Positions 25,187 to 39,200 of a stretch of DNA of 64,000 bases are shown here, one piece after another. Where the stretch lies: assembly GCA_043228905.1 (NCBI GenBank), contig JBHGNT010000014.1, positions 9,672,001 through 9,736,000 on the forward strand. Direction: 5' to 3'. The stretch's first letter is position 1. Each line of letters opens with the position of its first letter. The notes beneath the pieces were generated by a model. It ran no database searches. It saw only the letters and a program-made list of their open reading frames with translations, and was not told where the DNA came from. Position numbers and translations under genes: made by a program. This DNA is from Azolla caroliniana. Lineage: Eukaryota; Plantae; Polypodiophyta.

Positions 25187-26056
25187 ATGGCAAATACTCG
25201 TAAAACCGCCGCAAAGTTCGGGGGTATGATTGATAATGAGTCGAGGTCACCAACAAATCTCGATTCTAATGCAATGGACAAAATGTTTATGAGTCACTTG
25301 ATTTCTCTTCAAAAAACCATAAACAAGCAAGGTGAAGAGATTAGGATGTTAATGAAAGAGAATACTAAGCTCCAAAGTGTTGTCATTGAGAATGAAAGTC
25401 TTAAACAAGTGGTTGCAAAACTTCAAGAAGAGATTCAAGAATGTAAAAGAGCTTCTTTTGAAACAAATGGGCACCTTAACAAGATTGAGTTAAAGGAAGC
25501 ATTAAAAGAAGAAAAATTGGACACGATGAGGCGGGATGTAAGTGAGATGAAAAATGTATGTACAACGAAGTCATGGGCCGATGTATGTGGTGGGGATATG
25601 TTATCAAACTCATCTAATATGCATGTGATGAATCAAGAGAAGAATATAGAAAGCATAGATGTCCGAGAATTGAAAGAACGTGAACGACGATCAAAGAACA
25701 TTGTCGTCCGTGGGATTAAAGAAGAGAGTATGGAAACACCCGCATCCCTTGGAAAGGCCATTGGTGAATTTTTTAGCATGCATTATGGGATGCCAGATGT
25801 GAATATATATGGGGCACACCGAGTTGGGAAACATGGTGTTACTCGCTCCGGAGAAAGGCCTATTGTATGCACAATGACAGATGATACAAAGCGGCGAATC
25901 ATACTTGAAAATAGTTGGGTATACCTCAAAGGTACACAATGCTTTGTGAGTGAAGATCGTACTATCTCACAACAAAATGCTCGTCGTAAAGCATATGAAG
26001 AAAGATTGAAAAACAAGGTTAAGGATGTGCCTAAAGATGGAAATGTAGGCAAATAG
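25187..26056 (+). CDS. LINE ORF1 (coiled coil plus RRM-like domain)
   Basis: 289 aa. Coiled-coil N-terminus; RERRSKNIVVRGIKE, AHRVG, RPI and FVSEDRT are typical LINE ORF1 motifs. Confidence 0.85.
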   Translation: MANTRKTAAKFGGMIDNESRSPTNLDSNAMDKMFMSHLISLQKTINKQGEEIRMLMKENTKLQSVVIENESLKQVVAKLQEEIQECKRASFETNGHLNKIELKEALKEEKLDTMRRDVSEMKNVCTTKSWADVCGGDMLSNSSNMHVMNQEKNIESIDVRELKERERRSKNIVVRGIKEESMETPASLGKAIGEFFSMHYGMPDVNIYGAHRVGKHGVTRSGERPIVCTMTDDTKRRIILENSWVYLKGTQCFVSEDRTISQQNARRKAYEERLKNKVKDVPKDGNVGK

Positions 26057-26062
26057 GGACAC

Positions 26063-29000
26063 GTGATCTATGAGACTAACCCACGCCTTTCACGACTATG
26101 CTTTTGGAATTGCAATGGATACCCATGGAATGCGGGATTTGGCATAGAGGAGTTCACTGATGACTCGGATATCACACTTCTTGTTGAAACATGGGAGCAT
26201 GATACTCAAAGGATTCAAGGTTTAGGAAACTATAATGTACACTCTTTGATATGGAAGAAAAATCCAAGACAAAGAAGAGGACAAGGAGGGGTGGCATGTT
26301 TGATTAAGAAGGAAATAGAGAAATATGTGTCAATCATAAAAAATGATGAAAATAAATGCTACATATGGCTCAAAATAGAAACACCCAATGATTTGCCCAC
26401 TTTTGTAGTTGGATGTTACATTCCTCATCAAGATTCTAACTTTTATGCTTGTTTGGATAAAGATCAAATGTTTGCCAATCTAGAAGATGATATTGCTTAT
26501 TTCAAATCCAAAGGGGAAGTTATTGTCTTTGGTGACATGAATGCTCGTACAAGAAGTTTCCAACTTGATTCACAAGAATCTTTCATGCCACATATCTCAA
26601 GGATGCAAGAGGATATGCAAATGTATAACCGCTCTTCTAGCGATGAAAAAGATCCGGACCAATTTGGGAAGTTACTCCTACAAATGTGCAATAGTACCGG
26701 ATTGCTTATTACAAATGGTATTTCCTTATGGCCCAACACTAATGGTTTTACATGTAGAAAACACAACGGAAATAGTGTGATTGATTATGTGCTACTTTCT
26801 AGAAGGTATTTTGGATCGTATACATAAATTCTCACTTGGTGAATGGACACTGGAATCCGATCATAGGCCTTTATGTATTGATCTCAAATGTATGCATAGG
26901 TTTGATTGTGAGAAGGCTATTGAAGATAATAAACAACCGCACTTGAGCATGAACCTTAAGCGAGTACCCATGTATTCCAAGATGGTTGAGGATATGTTAC
27001 AAATGACAAAGATACAACATGGTGCCACACTAGAATGCAAATGGGAAGCTTTCAAGAAAGTCATTCTCTCATGTACAAACAAATGTTTTTTGACCAACCG
27101 CACATCTTGGAAATGCACCAAGAAACTTAGGAAAAAATGGTTTGATAAAGAATGTCGTGAAGCTCGAAAGTGCCTAATGGTTTTGGATGTAGTTAAGGAT
27201 AAAGAGAATTACCAAAAGCATTTGCATGAGTATAAAAGGCTTATTCAAAGAAAGAGAAGAATATGGGAAGTTACTCAACAATTTATCCAAACGCAAGAGA
27301 AAGCACATGCATGTGCTAAATTTTGGGGAAATCTAAAGGGAAAACGTGTTGAAAGTTATGGTGACTTAACTCTTCACGACTTGACTATGCATTGTAAGAA
27401 TTTATATGAGTTATCTCTTGCCGGAAAGATGATGTGTTATGGTTCTCTTTCACATATGCCTCCCTTCTTTACAATTGAAGATATCTACATAGGACTTAAG
27501 AAATTGGCCTCTCAAAAGGCAAGCGATCTTCAATGTATAAAGGCTAAAATGCTCAAATCGATGGGAAAGGAAGCACATATATGGATAAGCGATATGTTTA
27601 ATGATGCATTGCAACATGGTATGTCGTACGATTGGACTACAAATTGGATCAAACCTTTACATAAAGGTGGAGATATAAATAATGTAAACAACTATCGAAC
27701 CATCATGGTTGGCTCATTAATGGCAAAACTATTTGGATGTATAATGGAATCAAAGATAAGTGTATGGGTTGAAAAAAGTGGTAAGAGAGCTTATGGACAA
27801 GCTGGCTTTCGGAAACACCATAGCACCATTGATCACCTTATCACCTTTCGAGTATTAATGGAGAAAAGTCGCCTTAGAGGTAAAGGTTTATATTGTTGCT
27901 TTGTAGACTTCAAGAAAGCTTTTGATATGGTACCTCGTGAGCATCTTTGGAGGCGAATGGAAGAACTTGAGGTGTCAAGTGAAAAAATGCTTGCAATTTC
28001 CCGAATTTATGAGAAGGTTATATGTTGTGTGCGCATGAGAGATAAACTTTCAGATTTTTTCGAAAGCACTATTGGTGTTAAGCAAGGATGCCCACTCTCA
28101 CCAACACTATTTGGTCTATGCATTGATGAATTGGAAGAAATGGTTACCAAGTTTGCAAAGGAAGAATGTGTTGAAGAAGTTGCCATTGGGAATGTTGCGA
28201 TTATGCTTTTGCTATATGCAGATGATGTAGTGCTTTTTGCAAATACTTTAGGAGATGCACAAAAGCTTACGAAGGCATTGGAAAAATTTTGCATGCATAC
28301 TAAATTAAGTGTCAATAGCTCTAAAACAAAGATTATGCTTGTGAAGAGCCAAAAAAGAGATAAACCATGCATTATGTACAACAATGAGCCACTTGAATGT
28401 GTGGAAAGCTTCAAATATCTTGGCCTTGAAGTTCCTTCAAATCATAGATGGAAGGAATGTGCTACACCCTGGTTAAAAGCGGGCAAACGAGCATACTATG
28501 CATTTGAGAACACATGCAATCTTGGAGATATTAAGTGTTGGGTCCTCAAGAAATATCTTTTCGACACTTTGGTGACACCGGTTCTTCTCTATGGGGTGGA
28601 AGTATGGGGCGGTAGCATCCCTAAATCTATGTGGAAAGAGTTTGAAAATGTCCAAAAGCATTTTCTTACCAAGTTTCTACAAGTTAAGAAACAAACGCCC
28701 TACACCCTCCTCCTCCTTGAGACGGGATCACTTCCCATTGAGATCATGGCCATGGAAAGGGTTGTTGAATACATGCTTAAGGTTCAAAAAAGTCCCTCAC
28801 ATCGACTTCCTACAATTGCATGGGAAGCAAGCAAAAAGATCCAAAAGACGCATAAAAGCAAAATTTTGTGTTCTGGTTGGATGCAAGATATAGAAAAATG
28901 GTTTGGTAGATGGGATGCGAGACACTTGCTTCATGATGCATCATTAGATTCCTCTGTAAATGAAGCATTTTTGCAACGCCAATGTATCATGACATGGGAC

Positions 29001-29438
29001 AAATGTGGAGGCTCACGCTTCACACATTATACTACACATGTTGCACCTAACTACAAAACCATATTCTTTACGGAACGGGGAAATCGTACACATCCATACA
29101 TGTTAGAGCCCATACCGTTATCTGCCATTCGAACCATTGCTTCCATGCGACTTAGCTCACATGGATTGCGATGTGAAACAAGGCGTTGGGGTACAAGTGA
29201 TGAGAGTGGTCAGCTATGCACACTTTGCCCTAAACAAGTTCGCGAGTCTAAGTATCACACTTTGATACAATGCTCTGCCTTTGATCATATTCGACCATGC
29301 TTTCCACATCTCTTCGATCGAGCCCAATCTTTGCATGAATTCCTCTCACAACCACAATGTGCACTCTCGATTGCAACATTCATTGGTAAAGTTCTTGAAC
29401 ATCGAGAGTCACTACTCACTTTCACACGTATCACGTGA
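26063..29438 (+). CDS. LINE ORF2 endonuclease/reverse transcriptase, one frameshift near 26810
   Basis: APE motifs WNCNG, VETW, GDMNAR, SVIDY. RT motifs QAGFR, FVDFKKAFD, GVKQGCPLSP, LLYADD, FKYLG. C-terminal RLSSH..CTLC..H..IQC. Confidence 0.93.
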
Positions 29439-32317
29439 AATGTAATATTTTTGGTCTCATAGGTCATATTTGACCTCCGAAGACGATAATATAATCTATC
29501 TATCTATCTATCTATCTATCTCTCTCTCTTTCTCTCTCTCTCTCTCTTAGAAACTTGGGATACAAGATGATCAAGCAACTAATATTACAACGTTAGATTA
29601 GGGCTAATGTACTCAAGCCCTAACTATTGGACGTGTTCACACTAGTAAGGATACAAAGTGGAAGGAGTCGGCCTTTTATGCCAACAAACTCCCCCGTAAA
29701 AGGGCTACTCTTTCTAATTACAATTGTATGGGGTTATCTCTCTTGTAAACCTAGATTGCAATTTTAATCTAAAGCTATAGTTACAAGTCAGTCGACATCT
29801 AGCCGAGTCAGCGGGGATAATGTTGGTATTCTGCCTAACCTCCTTCTTTGTGTTTGGCTATCTTCTGCTCGGTCACTTGTTGTAGTCCCATCTTTGTCCT
29901 TAGTGCTCCAAAGCATTGATCTGGGAGTGACTTTGTCAGGCAATCGGAGATGTTCACCTTGGTGTCGATCTTCCGGAGTTTGAGCTTCTTCTCGGTTATA
30001 AGCTCTCGGATATGATGATACCGCACCTCAATATGTTTTATCTTCACAATAGATGGTCATACACATGATTATTGATGAGGTGTATTGCACTCTGTGAGTC
30101 GTAGTAGATGGTTGGCGTTGGGTGGTCGATTCGATTTGTTGCTGAGAAGTCAGCTGATAGTTGGTGCAGCCCAATTTCTTCCTTCACTGCCTCTGATGCT
30201 GCTATGTACTCAGCCTCTATGGTCGACAGGGCCGTGCACTCTTGCAGTTTCGACCTCCATGATATGGCACCACTGCCATAGGTGAAAACATAGCATGATG
30301 TTGACTTCTGAGTGTCTGAATTCCCGACGTAGTCAGAGTTAGTGTAACCTTCGACTTCGGTTGAGTTTGTTGATCTGAAAGTCAGTTGTGCATCTTTAGT
30401 CCCTCTTAAGCACTTGAAGATGTGCTTGATAGCCTCCCAATGCTTTTGTCTTGGGTTTGACATGTACCGGCTGATGAACCCTACGGCATAGGCAAGGTCG
30501 GGTCGAATCGCCACCATTGCGTACATGATACTTCCTACAACTGATGAGTAGGGTATCTTTTTATTATGCTCTTTCTCCTCGTCTGTCAAAGGAGAGTCTT
30601 TGTCCAATAGTCGAATCGACGTCGGAAGCAGTGTTGATGTTGGCTTGGAATTTTCCATGTTGAAGCGTTTCAGTACTTTGCGGATGTAGTCAGACTGGGA
30701 GAGTCGAAGAGTCTTTGTCTTCCGATTTCGTTCTATCCTCATGCCCAGTCTGTGTCGGGCTTGTCCAAATTCCTTGATTGTAAACTTGTCGTGAAGGCTC
30801 CACTTTAACTTTCCGATTTCAGTTTGATTGCAGCCTGAAATCAACATGTCATCGACATAAAGGATTAGATATCTATTTGGGACTTGTTGGCTAGTTGCCG
30901 AACATATAGACATGGGTCGGAGTTGGATCGGCAGTATCCAAGTTGCCTGATGTAGGAATCAAACTTCTGGTACCATATCCTCAGCACTTGTTTTAAGCCA
31001 TAAAGGCTTTTCTTCAAAGGTGAATTTCCTCCCCCGTCACCGTGAAGCCTGCCGGTTGAGACATGTAAATCTCTTCTTCAAGATCTCCGTGTAGGAGAGC
31101 TATCTTTACATCCATTTGCTCTAGCTCTAGGTCCTCTGTCGCCACGACCCCGAGTAGGAGTCGTAAAGGGTGGTCATCTTGACTATTGGGGAAAATATCT
31201 CGTCGTAGTTGACCCTGTGTTCCTATTTGAATCCCTTTGCAACGAGCCGAGCTTTGTACTTGGGTGTCTCAGAATCATATACATATTTGTATCAGAATAC
31301 CCATTTGCAAGGTAACGGCTTTCTTCCTGTTGGTAGTTCGAGCAGCTCCCATGTTTGATTCTATCGAATCGAGTCCATTTGGGATTGCATGGATTGTAGC
31401 CATGTATCGGTGTCTAGTGTGGATATAGCTTCTTCATAAGTACTTGGTTCACCTGCATCTGTGTAGTTGACGTAGTCGGGGCCCAGTTGATAAAACTATG
31501 TAGGCCTTCTTACTCGTCCTGATCTCCTGAGTGTTGATTTTGTCGGTTCCAACCCTTCAATCGGCTCATCCCGTTGATCGGTATTACTTGAACCGTCTTC
31601 AGGAGTCCAGTTAGATGACTCAACCTTGTCGTAGGATTTCGGTGATGTCATGGCATCCTCCCCTTCTTCGGGATAAGTTGACATAGAGGTAGAAGACTTA
31701 GCCGACTCGGGTCTATTTTTCCCTTTGGTGTTGGGTGTGCCAATCGGATCGAATCTGTCGTTGTTGGCTGTAAAAGAATAGCGTGTGCGGAAGCGTATGC
31801 GAAACACAGAGTACACAATTCGGAGGAATAAGACAGTTCGAAAAAACACAGAAAACGCAGAGATGGAGAGGGAGAGACAGAGACAGAGACAGAGCAGACA
31901 ACAGAAAACTCTAATTCAAAATAGTGACTCTCTGTGTACATACACCATGCTCAGTGAGCACCTTTTATACAAGCCCTAACAATCGGGCTGACACAAGTAC
32001 TGACAATACTTGACGCTCATAAATGAGCCGCTACACTCACTCCCAAAATTATTCCTTTCGAGGAATATCTTTCTAACGGCCTCGCGGTGTTCGCACCGTT
32101 ACAGCCTATTGTGCGCACGGTTTTATGCACCCAATTTACGCACTGGGTTACACACCCGATTACGCACTAAATGTTGAGCTTGTCTCTCAACACTCCCCCT
32201 CAAGCTCAACTTGAGGTTCCACTTGCTCCGCCAGATCTACGCTCTAGTTCCTTCTGGCTTGGCTTCACGCCTCGCTCGCGCTTCTCGACCCGTTCGATTC
32301 CGCGCGGTTCAACCCTT

Positions 32318-35300
32318 TCAGTCGGCGTGTTTGCTCGTTCGGCCCTTTTCAACTCCCTTGCTGTCGCGGTGTCGGCACGTCCTTCGCTGCCCTTTTCTCC
32401 GCATGGCCTTCAGTTGATTCGGCGTATCAAAATCAAACATTCCGATTGAATCGAACGCTTCTGATTCAATTCCGCTCTCATCCGAATTGGTTGTCTCCAA
32501 TTCGTCTCCTGTCTTTAGGCCTTTCAAAACTTCCGACGACGTCTTCGTCTTGGCCTTATCTTCCCATGATTCGGCTGTCCTCGGCTCCTTCTTATGCTTA
32601 CAGCCCTTGCTTCCGTCTTCGGCTTCTTCAGCCAGTTCGAAGTCAAATTCTCCATCCAACTCCGCATCTCGATCACTTCTGTCGTGATGCTTACCTCTGC
32701 TCCTTTCACGCTCTTGTCCCTGTTCTTCCTTTCTCCCCCTCAAGTTCGGCGTGTCGAGGTGACGCAACCCAAGCACACCCGAGAAACATCGTAACTTGTC
32801 GAGACCAAGAGGTTTTGTGAAGATGTCGGCAATCTGTCGATCAGTCGAAACATGCACCAATTTGACGTCTCTTGAAAGGACCCGCTCGCAGACAAAATGG
32901 TAATTCACCTCAATGTGCTTAGTCTGGGCGTGGAACACGGGGTTTTTCGCAAGGTGGATACTGCTGAGGTTGTCGCAATAGATCGTCGTCGGATCAGACA
33001 CCTCTACTTGCAGATCCCGTAATAGCAGTTTCAGCCAAATGACTTCGCACGTAGCGACAGTTGCCCCTCGATATTCGGCCTCCGTGCTCGATAGTGCTAC
33101 TATCGGCTACTTTTTGCTGCTCCACGCGATCGCCACACTTCCTAACGAGAAGGCATATGTGGATGTGGATTTACGATCACTGGCGTTTCCGGCCCAATCG
33201 GCATCCGTGTAGCTGACTAACTGTTCGGCTATGCCTGCTCGATATAGCAACACCATGTCTTTCGTGCCGCTGACATAACGCAATATCCATTGCACGCACA
33301 GAAAGTGTTCGACTATAGGCTGCGACATGAATTGACTGATTAGGCGGACTGGATAACTAAGATCTGGCCGAGTAATTGTCAGATAGATAAGGCTTCCGAC
33401 AATCTGTCGAAATAGTATCAGGTCGTTTGCCTTCCCCGAATCTCGGCGAAGCTTTGCGTTTCTATCCAGAGGGGTTGAGATGGGCTTACAGTTTGCCATC
33501 CCAAACTTGAAGAGCATATTCAACGCATAATGACGCTGGTTGATCAATATGCCTTCAGGGGTACGGATCACTTCGATCCCAAGGAAGTAATGAAGGTCTC
33601 CGAGATCCTTCATTTCAAATGATGTCGCAGGCTAAGACTTCACATGGCGGATTTCGCCAAGGTCGGCACCGGCGATGACTAAATCATCAACGTACAAGAG
33701 CAAGCTGACCGGTTCATATTGACCTTGCCAAACAAATAGAGAAGAGTCTGATTTCGACAACGCAAACCCCATCCTACGCAACTATTGCGTAATCTTTGCG
33801 TTCCAAGCTCATGGGGCTTGCTTTAGTCCTATAAGGACTTCTTCAATCGGCAAATTGCCGAGGTGTTTTGTTCAGATAGAAATCCGGGGGGTTGTACCAT
33901 GTACACCTTCTACTCAAGGTCACCTTGCAGGAACGCATTCTTTACATCCATCTAATGTAAGTGCCACCCCTTTGCCGCTGCTGCAGCTAGTAGGACTCGC
34001 ATGGTAGTCATCTTCGCGACAAGTGCGAAGGTCTCGTCATAGTCCACGTCGTGCATCTGCGTGTAGCCTTTCACTACTAAACGGGCCTTGTCACGGTTGA
34101 TAGAGCCATCGGTGTTGTATTTCACCTTATACACCCATCTGCATCCGATCGGCTTTACACCCTTCGGTTTGTCAACTAGGTCCCAGGTTTCATTCTCCGA
34201 TAATGCACGCATCTCTTCCTCCATTGCGGCACGCCAGTTTGCGTCTTTTGCCACTTCTGTGTAGCTCTCCGGCTCACGCACTTCTACCACTCGTGTCATG
34301 TATGCATAATGGTGCACCATGTACTCATTATACCCGTATCTCTTTACGGGGTTCTTCTGGCGGGTAGATCGGTGTAAATCGTGATTACCCGATTTAACGA
34401 CCTTGTCGGCCGATTTTGACCTCTTCTGTGGAGGTTTCTTTACGATTGGCTCGATGTCAGATTCGCTTCGAACTGACTCGGCGCTGCCGAAATCGTACTC
34501 CGGCATTTTCTTCTTGCCCTTCTCCTTGAGCGTAAACCGTTTCCTCGGTTCTTTACGCGAGGACATCACGGCTGAGTCTCCACTACTTGCCGTCTCATCA
34601 TCTGGTTGGGTATCTTGGCCCAACCTTTCATTCGGCCCGCTAAGGCGAAATGAGATCGGACTCTCTCTTAGAGCTCCGACGTCCTCATCATGTGGAGGCA
34701 TTTCAGCCTCGCTGATCTCTTCTTCAGAAATCGGAATGGAGTCTTGAGGTACTGGAGGTGAAGGCAAGTACTACAAAGCGGATTCGTCGAACACAACATC
34801 TCGACTTACGCGTACTTCCTTTGTTCGGGGGTTATAACATTTATACCCCTTTTGTTCGTCTGGATAGCCGATTAAGATGCACTCTTTGGCTTTGGCGTCC
34901 AGCTTCCTCCTCTTTTCCTTCGGCACATGCACATATGCAATGCTACCGAAGATCCTCAAGTGTGCCAAGTTCAGCTTCTTCCCGAAATACAGCTCATGTG
35001 GTGACACTCCTCCATTAGCAGAAGTCCAATTCTGTAGGTAGACAATCGTCTTCACGGCTTCAGCCCAATAGAATTTTGGCATATGCTTCTCTTCAAGCAT
35101 TGACCTGGCCGCTTCTTCAATCGTCCGATTATTCCGCTCGGCCACGTCGTTCTGCTACGGTGTGTATCTACATGAGAATTCGCGTCAAATTCCCTCCTTC
35201 CGTAGGTAACATGTGAACTGGTCGGAGAAGTACTCCTTCCTGCCATCGGACCGTAGGCATTTGATCTTACGCCCTGTTTCCCTTTCCGCAAGGCTCTTCA

Positions 35301-35776
35301 CCTTCAGGAAACATGCGAAGACTTCGCTCTTCTTCTCAATCATGCATGCCCATGTGTGCCGAGTGAAGTCCTCGATGAAGGTTACAAAGTAACGGGATCC
35401 ATCGAGATTCACGTTCTGTGCCGAACCCCACACATCCGAATGGATCAAATCCAGCGAACTTTGACTATGATTACGCTCATTGGGGAATGGAAATCGTTGT
35501 TGTTTTCCCATCTGACAGGCTTCGCAGACTTGGGCATTACGGCCCCGAAATTTCGGCAATCCAAATACAATGTTCTCCGTCTGCATTTCACGAAGCCATG
35601 GGAAATTTACGTGGCCAAACCGCTTGTGCCACAGGTCAATATCCAATTCCACCTTTTGTCCTTTCGCGTACAACGCAGTTCTAGCTTGATTTGTGTCGAG
35701 GATAAACATCCTCCCTTCACGGCGCCCTTGCGCGATCACTTTGCCTTCCTCTTCTATGAAGCAGCCGAGGTGCGTG
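32318..35776 (-). pseudogene. Copia B integrase-RT-RNaseH with charged C-terminal extension (several stops)
   Basis: ORFs 35185-35739 (WHKRFGH, HSDVWG), 34771-35145, 33952-34767, 33107-33613 and 32318-33001 (KHIEVNYHF..QIADIFTKPL). Confidence 0.92.
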
Positions 35777-36264
35777 TGTTACCGGTCGGCAAAAGAGTCC
35801 AGAGTGGGAAACGGAGAGCTAATTAAGTAGTAGGAATGTGGTTGTAATTAAGCTATGAGTGTGGACGGATGGACCAGAAACGGTATGCCGTTCCGGATCC
35901 GGACCGATCCCGAACAGGTGCGGATGGCTCCGTTTTGTAATACAGACCGAAAACCTATTTAAAGGCCCGGATACAATGTAATAGTTAGCGGTTAATTAAT
36001 GAAAGCTTAAGCGTTGTTATCTTTCTGTGTTAATTGCCGTTCTGTCTTAATTGTTATATCTTACGCGTGTGTTATGAAAGACGATCATAATAAGTAACTT
36101 AATTAAGTCGAATTAAGTGTTGAGGTCTAATCCGGTTGCCGTAACACCCTTTGGTGAAGTGTCTCCCGTAAACACCCTGTGTTAGGCCATTGTCCGGCTC
36201 GAAGAGTTAACACAGTTTTTGGCGACCACGATTCCTGTTTTTGCAGTGAACGACGGCACGGATG

Positions 36265-39200
36265 GATGTCTAGATCAACGCACAACCTGGTTACAGATCG
36301 AACTCGACGCCTTGCCAAAAGGCAAAGGAGACGCGAGGCTTTCCAGCAAGCGGCGCAGGAAATTAGAGCGGATCGCTCGTTTTCCAACGTAATCCGGAGA
36401 GTAGCGGAGGACTCCCTCTGGTTACAGCAAACATCGCACCCGGACGACGGCAGTAGCCTAAGCAGCCTTCGGGAAACCGAATCCCTTCTCCACGCGTTGG
36501 CAAACGGAGAAGGCGAAGCAGAGTCCTTTTCAGCATATGAATCGGACTCCAAAGGGGAATACAGCGTGCACACGAACTACCGTAGCAGCAACGAAACCCC
36601 AAGCGGACCGGAGGACGAAGGATCGGATACCTTACCGACACCGGAACCGGAACCATAAGTGCTAACGTTGGAACCCCCGGAACCAACAGAAGAAGAACGA
36701 CCTCCGACACCAGAAGTCGAAGAGGAGAGGCCTCCGTCACCAAAGGAAGAGAAACAACCGACACCGGAATCAAATTGGGAAAGACCACCGACACCGGGGA
36801 AAATTCCGGAACGAGCACCAACACTACCAGCCCGCGCACCGATACCAGACGACGACATGCCGTTCCAGTACTCCAAGTATAGAGATGATCCGGACGCGGA
36901 AGCTCATGTGCACGCCTTTGAACAGACATGGGAAGCCAACCATGTGTCCCAGCGATTGACCCCAGAAGAAGAACACTCTAAGATAGCGGAATTTGGCGTC
37001 ACATTGGAGGGACCAGCAGCAAGATGGCGCTAGACGCAGGACCCGTCTACCATCAACACCTTTGCAGATTTAAAAGCTAAATTCATGCATTTTTTTCAAA
37101 AGGAGGTGGACCAAACCGTAATGGTAGGCTTATTTTATACCATCCGGCAAGAGGCAGGGGAGAGCATTCCCCAATTTGTCATCCGGTTTCAACGGATGCA
37201 TAGTCAGCTTGCCCGTGCACCCCCGGAGGAGGAATTACGGACGATATTCCTAAACGCGCTCCAGGAACCCCTACGCACGGTTTGCACGGTAATCGATTTC
37301 CGCACAAGTACCATCGACCAGGTCATTGACCGGGTGAAAGAGATGGAAAAGACAAGCTCCTGGCTCACACTGGGAGCACTTCAACGGGCGTTACCGTCCG
37401 ATGAAGACCTCCGGTTTCGGCAAGCAATTCAGTGCACAACCTGCTTGAATTCCGGACACTCGGCTCTAGAATGCACTATGAGGACGCAATGTGTAATCTG
37501 TCAATCCAAGAGCCATACGACGGATAGGTGCGAGTATAATCTGTTGAATCGGCAAGCACCGCCCGTCCGACAAATTGAGCCACGCAGCAGCCGGGATGAA
37601 GAAGACGAACGCTGGCGGCGAATGGACCGTGACCGACCGGCACAGGATGTCCGGTATGGCGAGCGACGGGAAAATGATGTCCGGTATGGCGAGCGACGGG
37701 AAAATGATGTCCGGTATGGCGATCAACGGGAAAATGATGTCCGGTACGGTGATCGGCGAGAGAACTATGACCGGCATGATCGGTACCAGGATTACAATAG
37801 ACGATACGAATAGTACGACCGGGAGCACTCCCCCGGGTATCGTCAGCAACGGGAGGAATACGGCAGATATAACAGGCAACCCCGTCAAGAGTACCGTAAT
37901 AAGAAGAGCTATAACAAAAAACGGCATTTTAAAAAAGGCGGCTACCCCCGGGATCCGGAACAAGGAGCTCCAAGTAGCCAACCGGTACAAAACCCCGCGC
38001 GTACCATAGGACCTGCCCCGGGTACAACAGACAATGTCGAATCTAGCAATGCCCGGAAAGTCTACTGCTACTACTGCCGACAGGAAGGCCATTATAGTAA
38101 CCAATGCCCGGTGAAGAGCTATGAAAAACGACCGGCGGTAAATATGGTAGTCCTTGAGGTGGCAGACCTGTAGCAGGTGACCACAAGGTCGAAGGGCATG
38201 GCCAAAGAATGGGAGACACAGGAGACCATCCGGAAACAAGCAACGGAATGGGTAAAGAAAGCAAACGAGCAGAATGTCACAGACTTACAGCAGCAAAAGG
38301 AGAACACCGCAAGGCTTGCCGGCGGTAGTCACTCCGAGAACGAGACATGGCAGGCGTTGCAAGAATGCCAGATTACGTTACCACTAGGAAGACTCCTACA
38401 ACTCGTGCCAAGATTCACAGAAGGACTGAAGACGGCCATGACGGCAGGAGAACCATCACCGGCACCGGTACTCTTCTCGAATCCGGAGGAGGGACCAACA
38501 GTGGTAGACACCAGCAATCCTGTAATCACTGCCATTGTAAAAGGGAAAGAACTCCCCGGCACAGTTATAGACGGAGGCTCTGGGGTAAATGTAATAAGCC
38601 TCCGGACGTGTGATGACCTAGGAATCCACGAGTGGGAGCCGTGTCCGTTTTGGTTGTGGATGGCTGATACAAGCTCAGTGCGGCCGACAGGATTAATACG
38701 GAAATTAAAAGTCACCGTCAGCGGTCATACATTTCACATCTCGGCCGTAGTGCTACAATTACAGCCACAAGGCGCATACCCGCTATTGCTGGGGCGGCCA
38801 TGGTTGAAAACGGCACATATCAAACAGAATTGGCGAAAAAATATAATTACCTTCCGACGAGGAAAAGCCAAGGTACGGGTACCAACACAGCCAAGGACGA
38901 GCACTGGCAAGGAATGTACACCGTTGTATGCGGAATGCGTCAACATGCTAGAAGGGTTAGCGGATGAAGAAGAAGCTCAATACCTGCAGGAAAACCCGAA
39001 GATCATACCCCTCTTCGAAATTGACATTGCCGAAGCTGTAGCACCATACTTACCGCAACCGGAAGAGGAGGAAGCAGAACCGGATAAAGACGCAATCCGG
39101 GAGTTACGGCAAGCGCAGGAAACGTTGGAACGGGAAATGGCCGTTTCACAGTGCGTAAAAGCATCGCAACTAGAAGAGGTGAATTTAGGCACCACGGACG

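Larger units (their letters stand above)
24921..29547 (+). mobile_element. Near full-length non-LTR retrotransposon (RTE-X-like LINE)
   Basis: ORF1, then ORF2 (APE endonuclease, RT, C-terminal Zn finger), then an (ATCT)n(CT)n tail. The 5' end abuts a (CT)n tract. Confidence 0.9.

Noticed and set aside
37466-38239. 257-aa antisense ORF over gag, and similar shadow ORFs across the retroelements
   Set aside because: Mirror of a GC-rich repetitive coding strand, with no independent motifs and no comparable ORF in element A.
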